Positions 38,945 to 49,665 are shown, counted from the first letter of the stretch. The stretch: DNA of 64,000 nt from Candidatus Latescibacterota bacterium (GCA_965116875.1 OZ220733.1:4384001-4448000), one strand, 5' to 3'. The notes: generated by a model not told the origin, from the sequence alone. Translations and numbers: made by a program.

Positions 38945-41900
38945 AGCTGATCGAGTTTTCGACGCGCCGACGGGTTACGGTTACGATGTTTGTCGTCGCG
39001 GCCGTGATCTTCGGTCTGGTTGCGTTCCGCAGGCTCGCGATCAATCTGCTGCCCGACATCACGTATCCCACGCTCACGGTGCGGACGGAATACGAAGGCA
39101 CGGCGCCGTCGGAAATGGAGCGCCTGGTGACGGAGCCGGTGGAGGGGGCAATCGGGGTGGTGACGAATGTCGTCCGGGTGAGTTCCACGTCCCGCCCCGG
39201 CGTGTCCGAGGTGATCGTGGAGTTTTCCTGGGGTACGGACATGGACTTCGCATCCCTGGACGTGAGGGAAAAACTGGACCGGTTGCAGCTTCCCCAGGGA
39301 GCGGAAAAACCGGTCCTCTTGCGTTTCGATCCGTCACTGGACCCGATCATGCGGATCGGGCTGTACGGGCCCGAAAGCCTGGTCGCGCTTCGGCTGTTGG
39401 CCGAGGAGCACATCAAACTGGACCTGGAAAGCCTCGAGGGGGTCGCCGCGGCGCGCGTGAACGGAGGGTTGGAAGAGGAAATACACATTGAAATTGATGA
39501 ACCCAGGCTGGCGGCGCTGCGCATCCCGGTACAACAGGTCGTGGCGCGCCTGGGACAGGAGAACGTGAATCTGACCGGCGGACAGCTTAAGGATGGCGAG
39601 GCGGAATATGTTGTGCGCACGGTGAACGAGTTCCGTTCGGTCGAGGAGATTCGGGACATCGTTGTGGGCGAACGCCAGGAGGCCGCGATTACGCTTGCCG
39701 ACGTGGGCCGCGTGTTTCGGGGGCACAAGGAACGGAAAGTCATCAACAGAATGAACGGGCGCGAAAGTGTGGAACTGGCGGTGTACAAGGAGGGCGACGC
39801 CAATACAGTGACCGTGGCCGCGCGGGTTTCCACAGCGCTGGAACGATTCAGGAAAGAGGCGGGCGCGGTGCCCGCGGGCACCCGAATCGAGGTGGTTTTC
39901 AGCCAGGCGACGTTCATCAGGGCATCTGTCGGTGAGGTGCTCAATACTGCAATTCTTGGCGGGATCCTGGCGGTGGTGGTGCTTTATCTGTTCCTGGGTA
40001 ATCCCGGAAGCACGGCGATCATCAGCCTTTCCATCCCGATTTCCGTCGTATGCACCTTTCTGTTGATGTTCAGTTCGGACGTCAGCCTGAATATCATGTC
40101 CCTCGGCGGGTTGGCGCTGGGCATCGGCATGCTGGTGGACAATTCTATTGTCGTGCTCGAAAGCGTTCAGCGGTACCGGGAGGAGGGTCTGGCGTCCCGG
40201 GAGGCGACGGTCAAGGGAGCCGGTGAAGTCGGGAAAGCGGTCGTTGCATCCACCCTGACTACGATCTGCGTCTTCGTGCCCATCGTCTTCGTGGAAGGAA
40301 TCGCCGGCCAGTTGTTCCGGGACCAGGCGCTGACCGTCACGTATTCGCTGGTCGCCTCTCTACTGGTGGCGCTCACCCTGATCCCCATGCTGGCGTCGAT
40401 CGATTTCGGCCGGAATGACCCGGCGTCGGGAACCGCCCACGGCCGCCCGCGCCCGGACGTCAATCCGGGTCTCGCGACCGTATTCCGCACTTTTCTGCGC
40501 GTGGGCAGGGCGCTGGGGAAAGTGGTGATCTCCCTGCTGAACCCGGTTTTCTGGCTCTTCGACCGGATATTGGGGAGTGCGTACCGGCTGTATCCCCGGG
40601 TGATCGGCTGGGCGCTGGGTCATCGCGCGGTGGTGCTCATTGTCGCGCTGTCGCTTGCCGGGGTGTCAGGATTGCTCGCAGGGTTTCTCGGCAGCGAGTT
40701 GATTCCGGAGATGAGCCAGGGCGAATTCAGCATCTCCGTGACCATGCCGGTGGGTACCCCTCTGGTCGCCACCGAACGGGCGATACGCGGCATGGAACGG
40801 ATTGTCCAGGCTCAGCCGGAGGTGGAACTGGTTTACAGTACCGTGGGCCTGAGCGGGTCGTCCGACGGTTCGGCCGGAGAGGAGCGCGAGAACGTCGGCC
40901 AGATCCACGTGGCGTTGAAAGACGGTATCATACGGGAGCGGGAAGACGCCGTGATGGAACGGCTGAGGAGTGCGTTCCGGGGGATGCCGGCCGCGGAGAG
41001 CAAATTCGCCCGCCCGTCGTTTTTTTCCTCACGGACGCCCATCGAGGTTGAGATATCGGGATATAACCTCGGCACGTTGCGGACGCTTTCCGACGAACTT
41101 GCGGGCCGGCTCGAGAACCTCCCCGGCCTTGTCGACGTAAAAACAAGCGCGGAGGGTGGCAATCCGGAGGTGCAGATCCGGTTCAATCGGAAATGGGTGG
41201 CGCAGATGGGGACAAGCATCAGCGAGATTGGCAGGCTCGTGAGGAACAAGATCCAGGGCGAGGTGGCCACGGAGTTCGCCCGGGGCGACAGGAAGGTGGA
41301 TATTCGCGTGCGTGCGGACGAGCGGCACCGTGCGACCGTGGACGATCTCAAACGTCTGATTGTGAGTCCGCCGGGTGCGTCGGCTCCCATCCCCCTCGAG
41401 GTGGTTGCCGACCTGTCCGTCGAAATGGGTCCTGCCGAGATCCTGCGGACGGACCAGGAGCGCGTCGCAGTCGTCTCCGCAAACCTCGAGGGACGGAGTC
41501 TGAGCGAGGCGGTGGCCGACATCGAGTCCTTGATTCGGGATATAGTCTATCCTCCTGACTATCATGTCAAAATCGGCGGTCAGAACGAGGAGCGCGAACG
41601 GTCGTTCGAGAGTATGCGGCTGGCCATCCTGCTGGCGGTCTTCCTGGTGTACCTGGTGATGGCTTCCCAGTTCGAGTCCCTGGTCCATCCATTTGTCATC
41701 ATGTTCTCGATTCCGTTCGGCCTCGTCGGCGTGGTCTGGATGTTGCTGGTTACAGGTCAGACGGTGAGCGTGGTCGTGCTGATCGGGCTGATTATGCTCG
41801 CGGGAATCGTCGTAAATAACGCGATTGTTTTAATTGACTACATCAATGCCCTGCGCAGGGAGCATGGAATGGGGAAGCGGGAGGCCATCGAGCGCGCATG

Positions 41901-42207
41901 CCAGGTACGGCTGCGTCCCATTCTGATGACCACGTCCACAACGGTGTTGGGTCTGTTGCCCATGGCCCTCGGCATCTTCGATTTCAGGCCTTTCGTGGCA
42001 AGCGTGGAATCCGGCCTGGCCAACCTGCTGCCCGGCGGAGCGCCGGATTCAATCATGGGGGCCCTGAACGTCGTCTTCCCCGTGGGTCAGGGCGCGGAAA
42101 TCCGCGCCCCGATGGCGATCACCGTAATTGGCGGCCTGGTGATTTCGACCCTGGTCACGCTGGTCTTGATACCCACGCTCTATTCGCTCGTCGACCGCAA
42201 GGAGTGA
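38941..42207 (+). CDS. RND efflux permease (AcrB/MdtB family)
   Basis: GMLVDNSIVV, IVVNNAIVL, RLRPILMT. Confidence 0.95.
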   Translation: MKLIEFSTRRRVTVTMFVVAAVIFGLVAFRRLAINLLPDITYPTLTVRTEYEGTAPSEMERLVTEPVEGAIGVVTNVVRVSSTSRPGVSEVIVEFSWGTDMDFASLDVREKLDRLQLPQGAEKPVLLRFDPSLDPIMRIGLYGPESLVALRLLAEEHIKLDLESLEGVAAARVNGGLEEEIHIEIDEPRLAALRIPVQQVVARLGQENVNLTGGQLKDGEAEYVVRTVNEFRSVEEIRDIVVGERQEAAITLADVGRVFRGHKERKVINRMNGRESVELAVYKEGDANTVTVAARVSTALERFRKEAGAVPAGTRIEVVFSQATFIRASVGEVLNTAILGGILAVVVLYLFLGNPGSTAIISLSIPISVVCTFLLMFSSDVSLNIMSLGGLALGIGMLVDNSIVVLESVQRYREEGLASREATVKGAGEVGKAVVASTLTTICVFVPIVFVEGIAGQLFRDQALTVTYSLVASLLVALTLIPMLASIDFGRNDPASGTAHGRPRPDVNPGLATVFRTFLRVGRALGKVVISLLNPVFWLFDRILGSAYRLYPRVIGWALGHRAVVLIVALSLAGVSGLLAGFLGSELIPEMSQGEFSISVTMPVGTPLVATERAIRGMERIVQAQPEVELVYSTVGLSGSSDGSAGEERENVGQIHVALKDGIIREREDAVMERLRSAFRGMPAAESKFARPSFFSSRTPIEVEISGYNLGTLRTLSDELAGRLENLPGLVDVKTSAEGGNPEVQIRFNRKWVAQMGTSISEIGRLVRNKIQGEVATEFARGDRKVDIRVRADERHRATVDDLKRLIVSPPGASAPIPLEVVADLSVEMGPAEILRTDQERVAVVSANLEGRSLSEAVADIESLIRDIVYPPDYHVKIGGQNEERERSFESMRLAILLAVFLVYLVMASQFESLVHPFVIMFSIPFGLVGVVWMLLVTGQTVSVVVLIGLIMLAGIVVNNAIVLIDYINALRREHGMGKREAIERACQVRLRPILMTTSTTVLGLLPMALGIFDFRPFVASVESGLANLLPGGAPDSIMGALNVVFPVGQGAEIRAPMAITVIGGLVISTLVTLVLIPTLYSLVDRKE

Positions 42208-42240
42208 GCGTTGGTCTCCGGGGGGTCTGCTGGAGAGGAT

Positions 42241-43011
42241 ATGGCAACCGGTGACGAAAGGGGCCCGGAGGAAATCGCCTACGAGGACCGCATCCGGTCC
42301 AGTTCGCTGTCAGAACTGGAAGACATGTCCGCCCAGGTGGACCGTGGGGAATTTCCGTTGCGGGCCAGGAAGCTGCTCGAGGAGATCGGGCGGCGGCGTG
42401 CGGGTCCGGAGCGCCGATCCGAACGGAGGGCCCCGGAAAAGGCGGTGCCCGCGGGCGTGTCCCGGCGTCTCTGGGCAAGCCTGATCGATCTCTTCATTCA
42501 TCTCCTGATTCTGGGCGCGCTATTTCTGGCAGGGTGGTCGGCAATTCAACTTGTCTCGAGCCTCGGAAGCGACGAGCCGCCGCCCGCCGCCGTCTCCGCC
42601 CGCCGGGGTCCATCTCCGCTGCGACAGTTCGCCGCCGGACTGCTTGCCGGCGACCCGGCGGCCTGGGGGAACCGGGAACGGTGGATTCAGGTGGGTCTGG
42701 TTACCCTGGGATTCCTGAATTTCAGGGCGCTATTCATGGTACCGGCCTGGGGGCGAACGGGCAGTACGCCGGGAATGCGTGAGGTCGGCATCAGGCTTGT
42801 CCGGACGACGGGGGAATCCGTCGGTGTGAAGCGGGCGCTGATACGGTTCTGGGGGCAGTGTGTGCTATTCGTGCTGACGCTGGGCGTCAGCACGTTCTGG
42901 ATGATCTGGGACCCGCGAAGACAGGCGTTTCACGACAAACTGACGGACACGTGCATCGTGCGGCAACAACGCACGTGGGAAAAGACCGAAGAAGATCGTA
43001 TCTATGATTAG
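42241..43011 (+). CDS. RDD-family membrane protein
   Basis: RRLWASLID, TPG, HDKLTDT. Confidence 0.85.
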   Translation: MATGDERGPEEIAYEDRIRSSSLSELEDMSAQVDRGEFPLRARKLLEEIGRRRAGPERRSERRAPEKAVPAGVSRRLWASLIDLFIHLLILGALFLAGWSAIQLVSSLGSDEPPPAAVSARRGPSPLRQFAAGLLAGDPAAWGNRERWIQVGLVTLGFLNFRALFMVPAWGRTGSTPGMREVGIRLVRTTGESVGVKRALIRFWGQCVLFVLTLGVSTFWMIWDPRRQAFHDKLTDTCIVRQQRTWEKTEEDRIYD

Positions 43012-43081
43012 CCTCAATCCGAAAAAACAGCAACGCGGCGACGCGATAAAACCCTCCGAAATAGGTCGTTATCGACGTAAA

Positions 43082-43204
43082 GAAAGACGTTTTTTCCCTT
43101 CACGTCCAGTGACCTGGTGTATCCTGGTAATCAGCAGTTGAATCGCCTTTATTTACAATCACATAATCGAATTAACGTCCCCGAAGACTTACGAATCAAG
43201 GTTA
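43082..43204. repeat. AT-rich ~123-bp intergenic repeat, copy 1
   Basis: Aligns by eye with 48204-48326 (TTCACGTCCAGTG.CCTGGTGTATCCTG.TAATCAGCAGTTGAATCGCCTTTATT...GAATCAAGGTTA). Confidence 0.9.
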
Positions 43205-43487
43205 GGCGAATGCGGCATGGCGTTTTCCGGTTGCCTTCCGTCACCTGTTTTGTTATACTTTTCCGGGTTTTTCCTCCATGGTCACCGCCTTTCTGCGGCA
43301 CCTTCCTTCCGCAATGAAATCATTTCCAGGCTCTATCGAATTTCAGGCATCCGTCGAACGGCCCCCGGGGTCGCGGCATCTCCGGAAAGGAATTCGCGTG
43401 TGAGGAGAATCCGCGAAACTTTTGGACGTTTCATGTTGTCTAAGTTTACTGACGGGAGAACGGTGTTCGATTTGCAGGAGTCCGACG

Positions 43488-43925
43488 ATGCGTAAGCGGT
43501 TTCCACAGACCCTATGGTTCCTTGTTGCAGTTGCGGTTGGACTGACCGCCGAACCGGTTCAGGCGAAGTCTTTCTTTACGTCCCGTCGAACGTTCGGCGT
43601 ACTCTTTCTGGGCGGAAGCGCGTTCATGGCCAAGAAGGCCGTTGATTTCCGCCGGGACGCAAACAGGATCTACGACGACTACAAACTTGCTCGAACTTCC
43701 GATGAGGCGGAGCGTCTGTTCGACCGTACGGGCGAATACGATACCAAGAGCAAAATGAGTGTCGGGCTCTCTATCGTTCTGCTTGCCAGCGGGTTGCGTC
43801 TGATTCTCTCAAGCGGCGTGGACGAGGGCTCCGCGAAGATTCGTCAGAAGAAGAAGCTCAAATTGGACATGACGAGCGACGTCAACAAGAGAATGGTCAA
43901 ATTCGCAGTCAAGAGACATTTTTAG
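43488..43925 (+). CDS. Hypothetical exported/membrane protein
   Basis: Signal peptide ending VQA, two hydrophobic segments, C-terminal Phe. Confidence 0.75.
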   Translation: MRKRFPQTLWFLVAVAVGLTAEPVQAKSFFTSRRTFGVLFLGGSAFMAKKAVDFRRDANRIYDDYKLARTSDEAERLFDRTGEYDTKSKMSVGLSIVLLASGLRLILSSGVDEGSAKIRQKKKLKLDMTSDVNKRMVKFAVKRHF

Positions 43926-43995
43926 TCGCGGCGGCCGGGCTGGTCTGCCGGCGGGCCGTATATATCAGCAGTTCTTGTGCATGAAGGAGAGGTTT

Positions 43996-46272
43996 ATGGC
44001 GCGTCGGAAATTCAGCCCGGTCCGACTCGGGGTGTGGGGTATGCTGGTCATTGTCCTCGCCGGGGCGGGGCGTTGCGGTCGTGAGCGGGAAAACCCGGTC
44101 GATCCGAATTTTCCCGGAGGCGGGGCGCTCCAACCCCCCGGAAACATACGTGCGCAGGGAGACATCGGCCGAATCCTGCTGACCTGGGACGCCGTAAAAA
44201 TCAACGAACTTGCAGGGTACGGCGTCTGGCGCGCCACGTCGGCCACGGGCGATTATACCCGGCTGCGCGGCGAGTCGAACGATTCGAATGTAACCACCGG
44301 CCGCACGGTCTTTGTCGACTCCACGATGGACGTTTCGGGTTCAAAGGTTTATTTCTACCGGCTCACCACCGTGGATGTGAACGGACAATCCAGCGAAAGG
44401 TCCGCCTTTGTCAGCGCCGAGGTACACGAGGACAAGAGGCCGCCGGCTTCCCCCGTCAATCTTTCCGCAGTCAGAAACGAAAACACCGATCACATAGCGC
44501 TTGTCTGGGACGCGCCGAAAACGGACGCAGACAACCTGGATCTGACCGGACTGGAGGGCTACCGGGTCTTCAGGGCAAAAGACACCGAAGACTCGTACGT
44601 ACAGATTGCTACGGTTCCGGCCACGCGGACGACATTTACGGATACCACGCAGCTGGATCCGGATTTCCGGTATTTCTATCAGGTTTCCGCAATCGACCGG
44701 TTCAACAACGAAAGCGCGCGTTCCCGTTCCGCGTCGGTGAGCGCGCCGGAAACCGGGGTCCTTCCACCGGGCGGCTTGCGGACCGTAAGCAAGGTTGGCA
44801 AGATCGAGTTGCATTGGAATCCGTCGAACGAAGACAACCTCCTGGGATATCTGGTGCTTCGTTCAACGTCCACCCAGGCGCCGTTCGAGCCGGTATCGTC
44901 GAATCGTCCGTATACAACGGCCCAGACCGTTTATATGGATACAGATGTACAGGTCGACGTTGTTTATTTCTACCGGATTCAGACGGTTGTACATGATCCC
45001 GACCGCGGAATTGTCGCGGGCGAAGCGTCGCCCTTTGTCGACGGACAGGCCGAACCGGATGAATCGCCGCCGGCCGCGCCGTCAGACTTGAGCGTGAGTC
45101 TGGACGATGAAGATGCCGGCGTTGTACAACTCAATTGGGCGCCTCCCACAAAGGATGACGGGGGCGACGAACTGACAGGGCTTTCCCACTACCGGATCTT
45201 CCGATCGAAAGAGACGGCCAATTCATTCGTGGAGGTGGCGCAGGTTCCAGGCACGCAGACCCATTTCCGGGACACAACGGTGGAGCCGCTTACCCTTTAT
45301 TATTACACCTTGAACGCGGTCGACTTCGAGAAGAATGGCGGACCGCGTTCCGCGCCCCTTTCCGTCAGCACCCCCGGTCTTGCCACGCCTGAACGGGTTA
45401 CTGCGATTGCCGGCAAGGCGAAAATCTCGCTGGCATGGGCGCCGAACCAGGAGCAGCAGCTGAGCGGGTACGAAGTGTTGCGTTACAGCGACCCGCTCCG
45501 GCCAGACCTGTTTTCTACGTTCATCACCCCGTGGCCGGCCTATGTGGATTCGCCTCTGGTCGGGGGCAAGACCTATGCGTACCGCGTGCGTGCATTGGGC
45601 TCGGGCGGGCTGAACAGCAGATTGTCAGATTTCGTATTGGCAACCGTAATGGACGACGACCTGGCGCCCGCTCCTCCCGAATTCCTGTACGCGAAGTTGT
45701 CGGGGAATACGGACATCGAACTGAGTTGGCGCGCTTCCACGACCGATGAGGACGGATCCGAGCAGACAGGCCTTCATCAGTACAGGATCTACAGGTCGGA
45801 AGCGTCAGGATCAGCCGGGTTCGAGTGGCTGGCGACTGTGGACTCTACCACGCTGAACTACGTGGACAAAGACCTGGAGCCATCCACAACGTACAGTTAC
45901 CAGGTGCGAGCGATCGACGCCAATGGAAACGAGGGCCCGGCATCGAGTACCGTGTCGCTGCAGACCGGACCGGACAGCAGAATTGGCAGGCCGACCAATG
46001 TCGCCGCGGTCGTGCGAAATCTGCCGGAGGAAGGCACCGTCGTGATCGTTACCTGGAGGGCGCCTCCCGGCATCACGCAATTCCGTGTGAATCGTCAGCG
46101 GGTGGGCGCGCGATCCAGCGACGTTTTCGAGACCGTGTCATACCAGCTGAGAGACAACAAGTATATCGACGCCAACGTCGAATCCGGCAGCACGTACATC
46201 TATCACGTGGTTTCCGTTAGAGGAGAGGACATCAGTCGTCCGTCGGATCCGGTCGTTGTTTCGGTGCCGTAG
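43996..46272 (+). CDS. Multi-fibronectin type III repeat exported protein, possible lipoprotein
   Basis: About 7 PxxL...I.L.W...GY.V.R...YxYxV repeats; N-terminal hydrophobic stretch then C-GRERENPVDP. Confidence 0.9.
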   Translation: MARRKFSPVRLGVWGMLVIVLAGAGRCGRERENPVDPNFPGGGALQPPGNIRAQGDIGRILLTWDAVKINELAGYGVWRATSATGDYTRLRGESNDSNVTTGRTVFVDSTMDVSGSKVYFYRLTTVDVNGQSSERSAFVSAEVHEDKRPPASPVNLSAVRNENTDHIALVWDAPKTDADNLDLTGLEGYRVFRAKDTEDSYVQIATVPATRTTFTDTTQLDPDFRYFYQVSAIDRFNNESARSRSASVSAPETGVLPPGGLRTVSKVGKIELHWNPSNEDNLLGYLVLRSTSTQAPFEPVSSNRPYTTAQTVYMDTDVQVDVVYFYRIQTVVHDPDRGIVAGEASPFVDGQAEPDESPPAAPSDLSVSLDDEDAGVVQLNWAPPTKDDGGDELTGLSHYRIFRSKETANSFVEVAQVPGTQTHFRDTTVEPLTLYYYTLNAVDFEKNGGPRSAPLSVSTPGLATPERVTAIAGKAKISLAWAPNQEQQLSGYEVLRYSDPLRPDLFSTFITPWPAYVDSPLVGGKTYAYRVRALGSGGLNSRLSDFVLATVMDDDLAPAPPEFLYAKLSGNTDIELSWRASTTDEDGSEQTGLHQYRIYRSEASGSAGFEWLATVDSTTLNYVDKDLEPSTTYSYQVRAIDANGNEGPASSTVSLQTGPDSRIGRPTNVAAVVRNLPEEGTVVIVTWRAPPGITQFRVNRQRVGARSSDVFETVSYQLRDNKYIDANVESGSTYIYHVVSVRGEDISRPSDPVVVSVP

Positions 46273-46301
46273 GATTCTCTTCGATAAAAAAGGGTATATA
46301 T

Positions 46302-46341
46302 ACAGCAGAGCGCCGTAACGGATTGCGCTCTGCTGTTTCTT
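46302..46341 (+). terminator. Intrinsic terminator
   Basis: ACAGCAGAGCGC / GCGCTCTGCTGT stem followed by TTCTT. Confidence 0.75.
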
Positions 46342-46635
46342 GTTAGAGGGAAGCGCCGGGGTCGGGGCCCACGTCCGGCTTTCCGTCCTTGAGACGGCTT
46401 CTCCTGGTTGGGCCATTGACGCACGGCGCACGACGGTCTCCGTGTGATCTGTCCTGTATTGCCCGACAGTCGTTCGAGATCGGCCGTGTTCGTGTCATGA
46501 GAACGATGGGTACTGGTTCCTGTAAACACGGTACTTGCGGTTTTTCGTTTGCTGAGCGCGTCTGTCCGGCACGCGGACTGCATAACCACCAGGAGTTCAT
46601 CGGTGGTGTACGGGTCACGAAACGGAGGATGGTCT

Positions 46636-47958
46636 ATGCAGCGCGTGCTTCTGTTGGATGGCGACAGTCGATTCCGGAGGGAAATGAAGGACCGTTTGAC
46701 GCGGCGCGGCGTGAGCGTCGCGTGTGCGGGGACCGCCCGCGAGGGTTTGAGACTTTACAGGCGCGGCCGTCCCGCATGTGTGTTTGCCGAGGCCGAACTC
46801 CCGGACGGGAGCGGATTTCCGGTACTTGAAGAAGCGCACCGCCATACGCCGGTGGTTATGGTGAGCGAGGGGTTTTCTCCCGACAAGGTTTACACGGCCA
46901 TCTCGGGTGGCGCTTTTGACTGTCTTTCCAAGCCCGTTGATGATCCCACCCTGGACGGATTGCTGTACCGGTTGCGCAACGAGCGGGAACCGCCGCCGAC
47001 AGAGACGGGCCCGGCCGGACCCGTCCCGGACGCCGGCGGCGAAATGGTTGTGGGACGTTCCCAGAAAATGGTTGAGGCGTTAAAGACGGTTGCCGCGGTC
47101 GCCGGTACTTCGGCCACGGTACTGGTCTGCGGCGAAAGCGGAACCGGAAAGGAGTTGATGGCCAGGGAAATCCATCGTGCGTCGCGAAGGCCCGGGGCTT
47201 TCGTGGCCGTCAATTGTGTGGCGGTTATGGAAACCCTCACGGAGAGTGAACTGTTCGGGCACGAGCGAGGCGCCTTCACGGGTGCGGCGGGGCGGCGTGC
47301 GGGGTATTTCGAACAGGCGAACCACGGCACGCTTTTTCTGGATGAAATCGGCGACGCGCTTCCGGGTTTTCAGGCCAAGTTGCTTCGCGTGCTGGACCAG
47401 GTTGAATTCCGTCGCGTCGGCGGCCAGGAATCGATCCGCCCGGATGTGCGGGTTGTTGCGGCCACGAATGCCGATCTGGAAAATCAGGTGGCGAACGGTA
47501 CGTTCAGGGCGGATCTCTATTACCGGCTGAGCGAGGTGACCGTCCATTTGCCGCCGCTGCGTGACCGCCTTGCGGACATTCCCTTGCTTGTGCGGCGCAC
47601 GCTTGGCGAGATCCGGCACCGTACCGGCCGGAGCCTGGGTGGCGTTTCTCAGGAGGCCATGCACAGGCTGATGGACCATCCGTGGCCGGGAAACGTCAGA
47701 GAACTGCAGAATGTTCTTGTGAGGGCGGCGCTTCATTGCCGGGGATGTACGATCCAGCGTAATCACCTGAAGGATCTGATCTCGGGCGAGTCACCCGACA
47801 ATGACGAATCGCTGTCCCTGTCGGACGTGGAACGCCGGCACATTGAGCAGGTTCTGAATGCTACAGGCTGGAACCGGGGCATGGCTTGCGAGATCCTGGG
47901 CGTGTCGCGTCCCACGCTCCGGAGGAAGATCAGGGACTATGGACTTCACGGAGGGTGA
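46636..47958 (+). CDS. Sigma54-dependent NtrC-family activator with atypical receiver
   Basis: GESGTGKE, ESELFGHERGAFTGA, LFLDE, WPGNVRE, Fis-type HTH. Confidence 0.93.
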   Translation: MQRVLLLDGDSRFRREMKDRLTRRGVSVACAGTAREGLRLYRRGRPACVFAEAELPDGSGFPVLEEAHRHTPVVMVSEGFSPDKVYTAISGGAFDCLSKPVDDPTLDGLLYRLRNEREPPPTETGPAGPVPDAGGEMVVGRSQKMVEALKTVAAVAGTSATVLVCGESGTGKELMAREIHRASRRPGAFVAVNCVAVMETLTESELFGHERGAFTGAAGRRAGYFEQANHGTLFLDEIGDALPGFQAKLLRVLDQVEFRRVGGQESIRPDVRVVAATNADLENQVANGTFRADLYYRLSEVTVHLPPLRDRLADIPLLVRRTLGEIRHRTGRSLGGVSQEAMHRLMDHPWPGNVRELQNVLVRAALHCRGCTIQRNHLKDLISGESPDNDESLSLSDVERRHIEQVLNATGWNRGMACEILGVSRPTLRRKIRDYGLHGG

Positions 47959-48018
47959 GGGCGTCCTTGTGCGGGAATGCACGTTTGGCGACGCCCCGGA
48001 CCCAACCCGCGCCGGCGC

Positions 48019-48046
48019 TTGACTTCCTGGGAAGTTGTTTTAAAAT
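48019..48046 (+). promoter_or_regulatory. Possible sigma70 promoter upstream of thrC
   Basis: TTGACT-16nt-TAAAAT. Confidence 0.45.
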
Positions 48047-48203
48047 TACCGGTGAGCTCCCGAGCGCGAGCGAAAAAGTGGCGGTTATGAGGCGCGAGGG
48101 GCGCACAGCGCCGACCTGTTTGCCGTCATTAACCTCAATACTGCAAAAGCCGCAACGCGGCACCGCGACGAAACCCTTCAAAACGGACTGAAATGGTCGT
48201 CAG

Positions 48204-48326
48204 GAAGGACATTTTATCCGTTCACGTCCAGTGTCCTGGTGTATCCTGTTAATCAGCAGTTGAATCGCCTTTATTAACTCGCACATATTCGAATGAACAT
48301 CCCCGAAAAATGATGAATCAAGGTTA
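48204..48326. repeat. AT-rich ~123-bp intergenic repeat, copy 2
   Basis: Direct repeat of 43082-43204; ends at the thrC RBS. Confidence 0.9.
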
Positions 48327-48338
48327 ACAGGAGGATGG

Positions 48339-49529
48339 ATGGGATACCTGGTGGACCTCATATGCACCCGCTGCGGCCGAAGCCACGACAAACGGAGACT
48401 TTGGAATCTGAGCGCCTGCTGCGAGGCGCCGCTCTTCGCCCGGTACGATCTGGAGAAAGCGTCGAATGCCCTCAGTAAAGAGAATCTACCGGAACGGGAG
48501 CCGACGATGTGGCGGTACGAGGAAGTGCTGCCCGTCGAACGGGCTGCACACCGGATCAGCCTGGGTGAGGGATTTACGCCGTTGCTGAAGGCGGGCGCAC
48601 TGGGGGCGCGGGTCGGCGTCCCGGACCTCTTCGTCAAGGATGAGGGTGTCAATCCCACAGGATCGTTCAAGGCGCGTGGGTTGTCGGCTGCGATATCCAG
48701 GGCCGTGGAATTGGGAGCGGATGCCGTGGCCATCCCGTCGGCCGGGAATGCCGGCGGGGCAACGGCGGCGTACGCGGCGAGGGCCGGGATGGAGGCGTAC
48801 ATTTTCATGCCAACCGATGCTCCCGAGGCAAACATGGTGGAGTGCCAGCGTCTGGGTGCGCGCCTGACGCTCGTGGACGGTCTGATTACGGATTGCGGGA
48901 AGATGGTGGCCGATCGAAGAGTCGCTGAGGGCTGGTTCGACGTCTCGACACTCAAGGAGCCGTACCGGGTGGAAGGAAAGAAGACGATGGGATACGAACT
49001 CGCCGAACAGTTTAACTGGGAGTTGCCGGACGTCGTACTCTACCCGACCGGCGGCGGTACCGGCCTGATCGGAATGTGGAAAGCGTTCGACGAGATGGAA
49101 GAAATGGGGTGGATCGGCTCCGCGAGACCCCGAATGGTGGCTGTACAAGCGGAGGGCTGCGCGCCTGTTGTCAGGGCGTATGAAACGGGCGCCGAATCGG
49201 CCGAGTTCTGGGAAAACGCCGAAACCGTTGCATCGGGACTCCGGGTGCCTGGCGCCGTGGGTGATTTTCTTATGCTTGGAGCCATCAGGGAAAGCCGCGG
49301 CACGGCTATTGCCGTTACCGACGGCGCCTTGCTGGCCTGCGTCGACGAAATGGCCTCGTTGACTGGCATTTTCCCGGCGCCTGAAGGCGCGGCGACGCTT
49401 GCCGGGCTGAAAGAACTCGTGGGAGACGGGCGGGTCTCTTCCGGGGAGCGGGTGGTGCTGTTCAATACCGGGACGGGGTTGAAATATATCGAGGCCATGG
49501 GCGCGGCGGACCACACGGTCGGCCGATGA
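48339..49529 (+). CDS. thrC: Threonine synthase-family PLP enzyme
   Basis: SLGEGFTP, NPTGSFKARG, SAGNAG, PYRVEGKKT. Confidence 0.88.
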   Translation: MGYLVDLICTRCGRSHDKRRLWNLSACCEAPLFARYDLEKASNALSKENLPEREPTMWRYEEVLPVERAAHRISLGEGFTPLLKAGALGARVGVPDLFVKDEGVNPTGSFKARGLSAAISRAVELGADAVAIPSAGNAGGATAAYAARAGMEAYIFMPTDAPEANMVECQRLGARLTLVDGLITDCGKMVADRRVAEGWFDVSTLKEPYRVEGKKTMGYELAEQFNWELPDVVLYPTGGGTGLIGMWKAFDEMEEMGWIGSARPRMVAVQAEGCAPVVRAYETGAESAEFWENAETVASGLRVPGAVGDFLMLGAIRESRGTAIAVTDGALLACVDEMASLTGIFPAPEGAATLAGLKELVGDGRVSSGERVVLFNTGTGLKYIEAMGAADHTVGR

Positions 49530-49665
49530 TCCGTTTGACCCGGGGGCATGCGTTCCGTGCCGGATTTTCACCGGGGCGGACGCCGGGAGTTGCCGTGGGA
49601 AAACGAAATGATCCACCGGCACGGCGGAGGGTCGTCACCGGTGCACGAAAGGAGGTACCCGGCCA

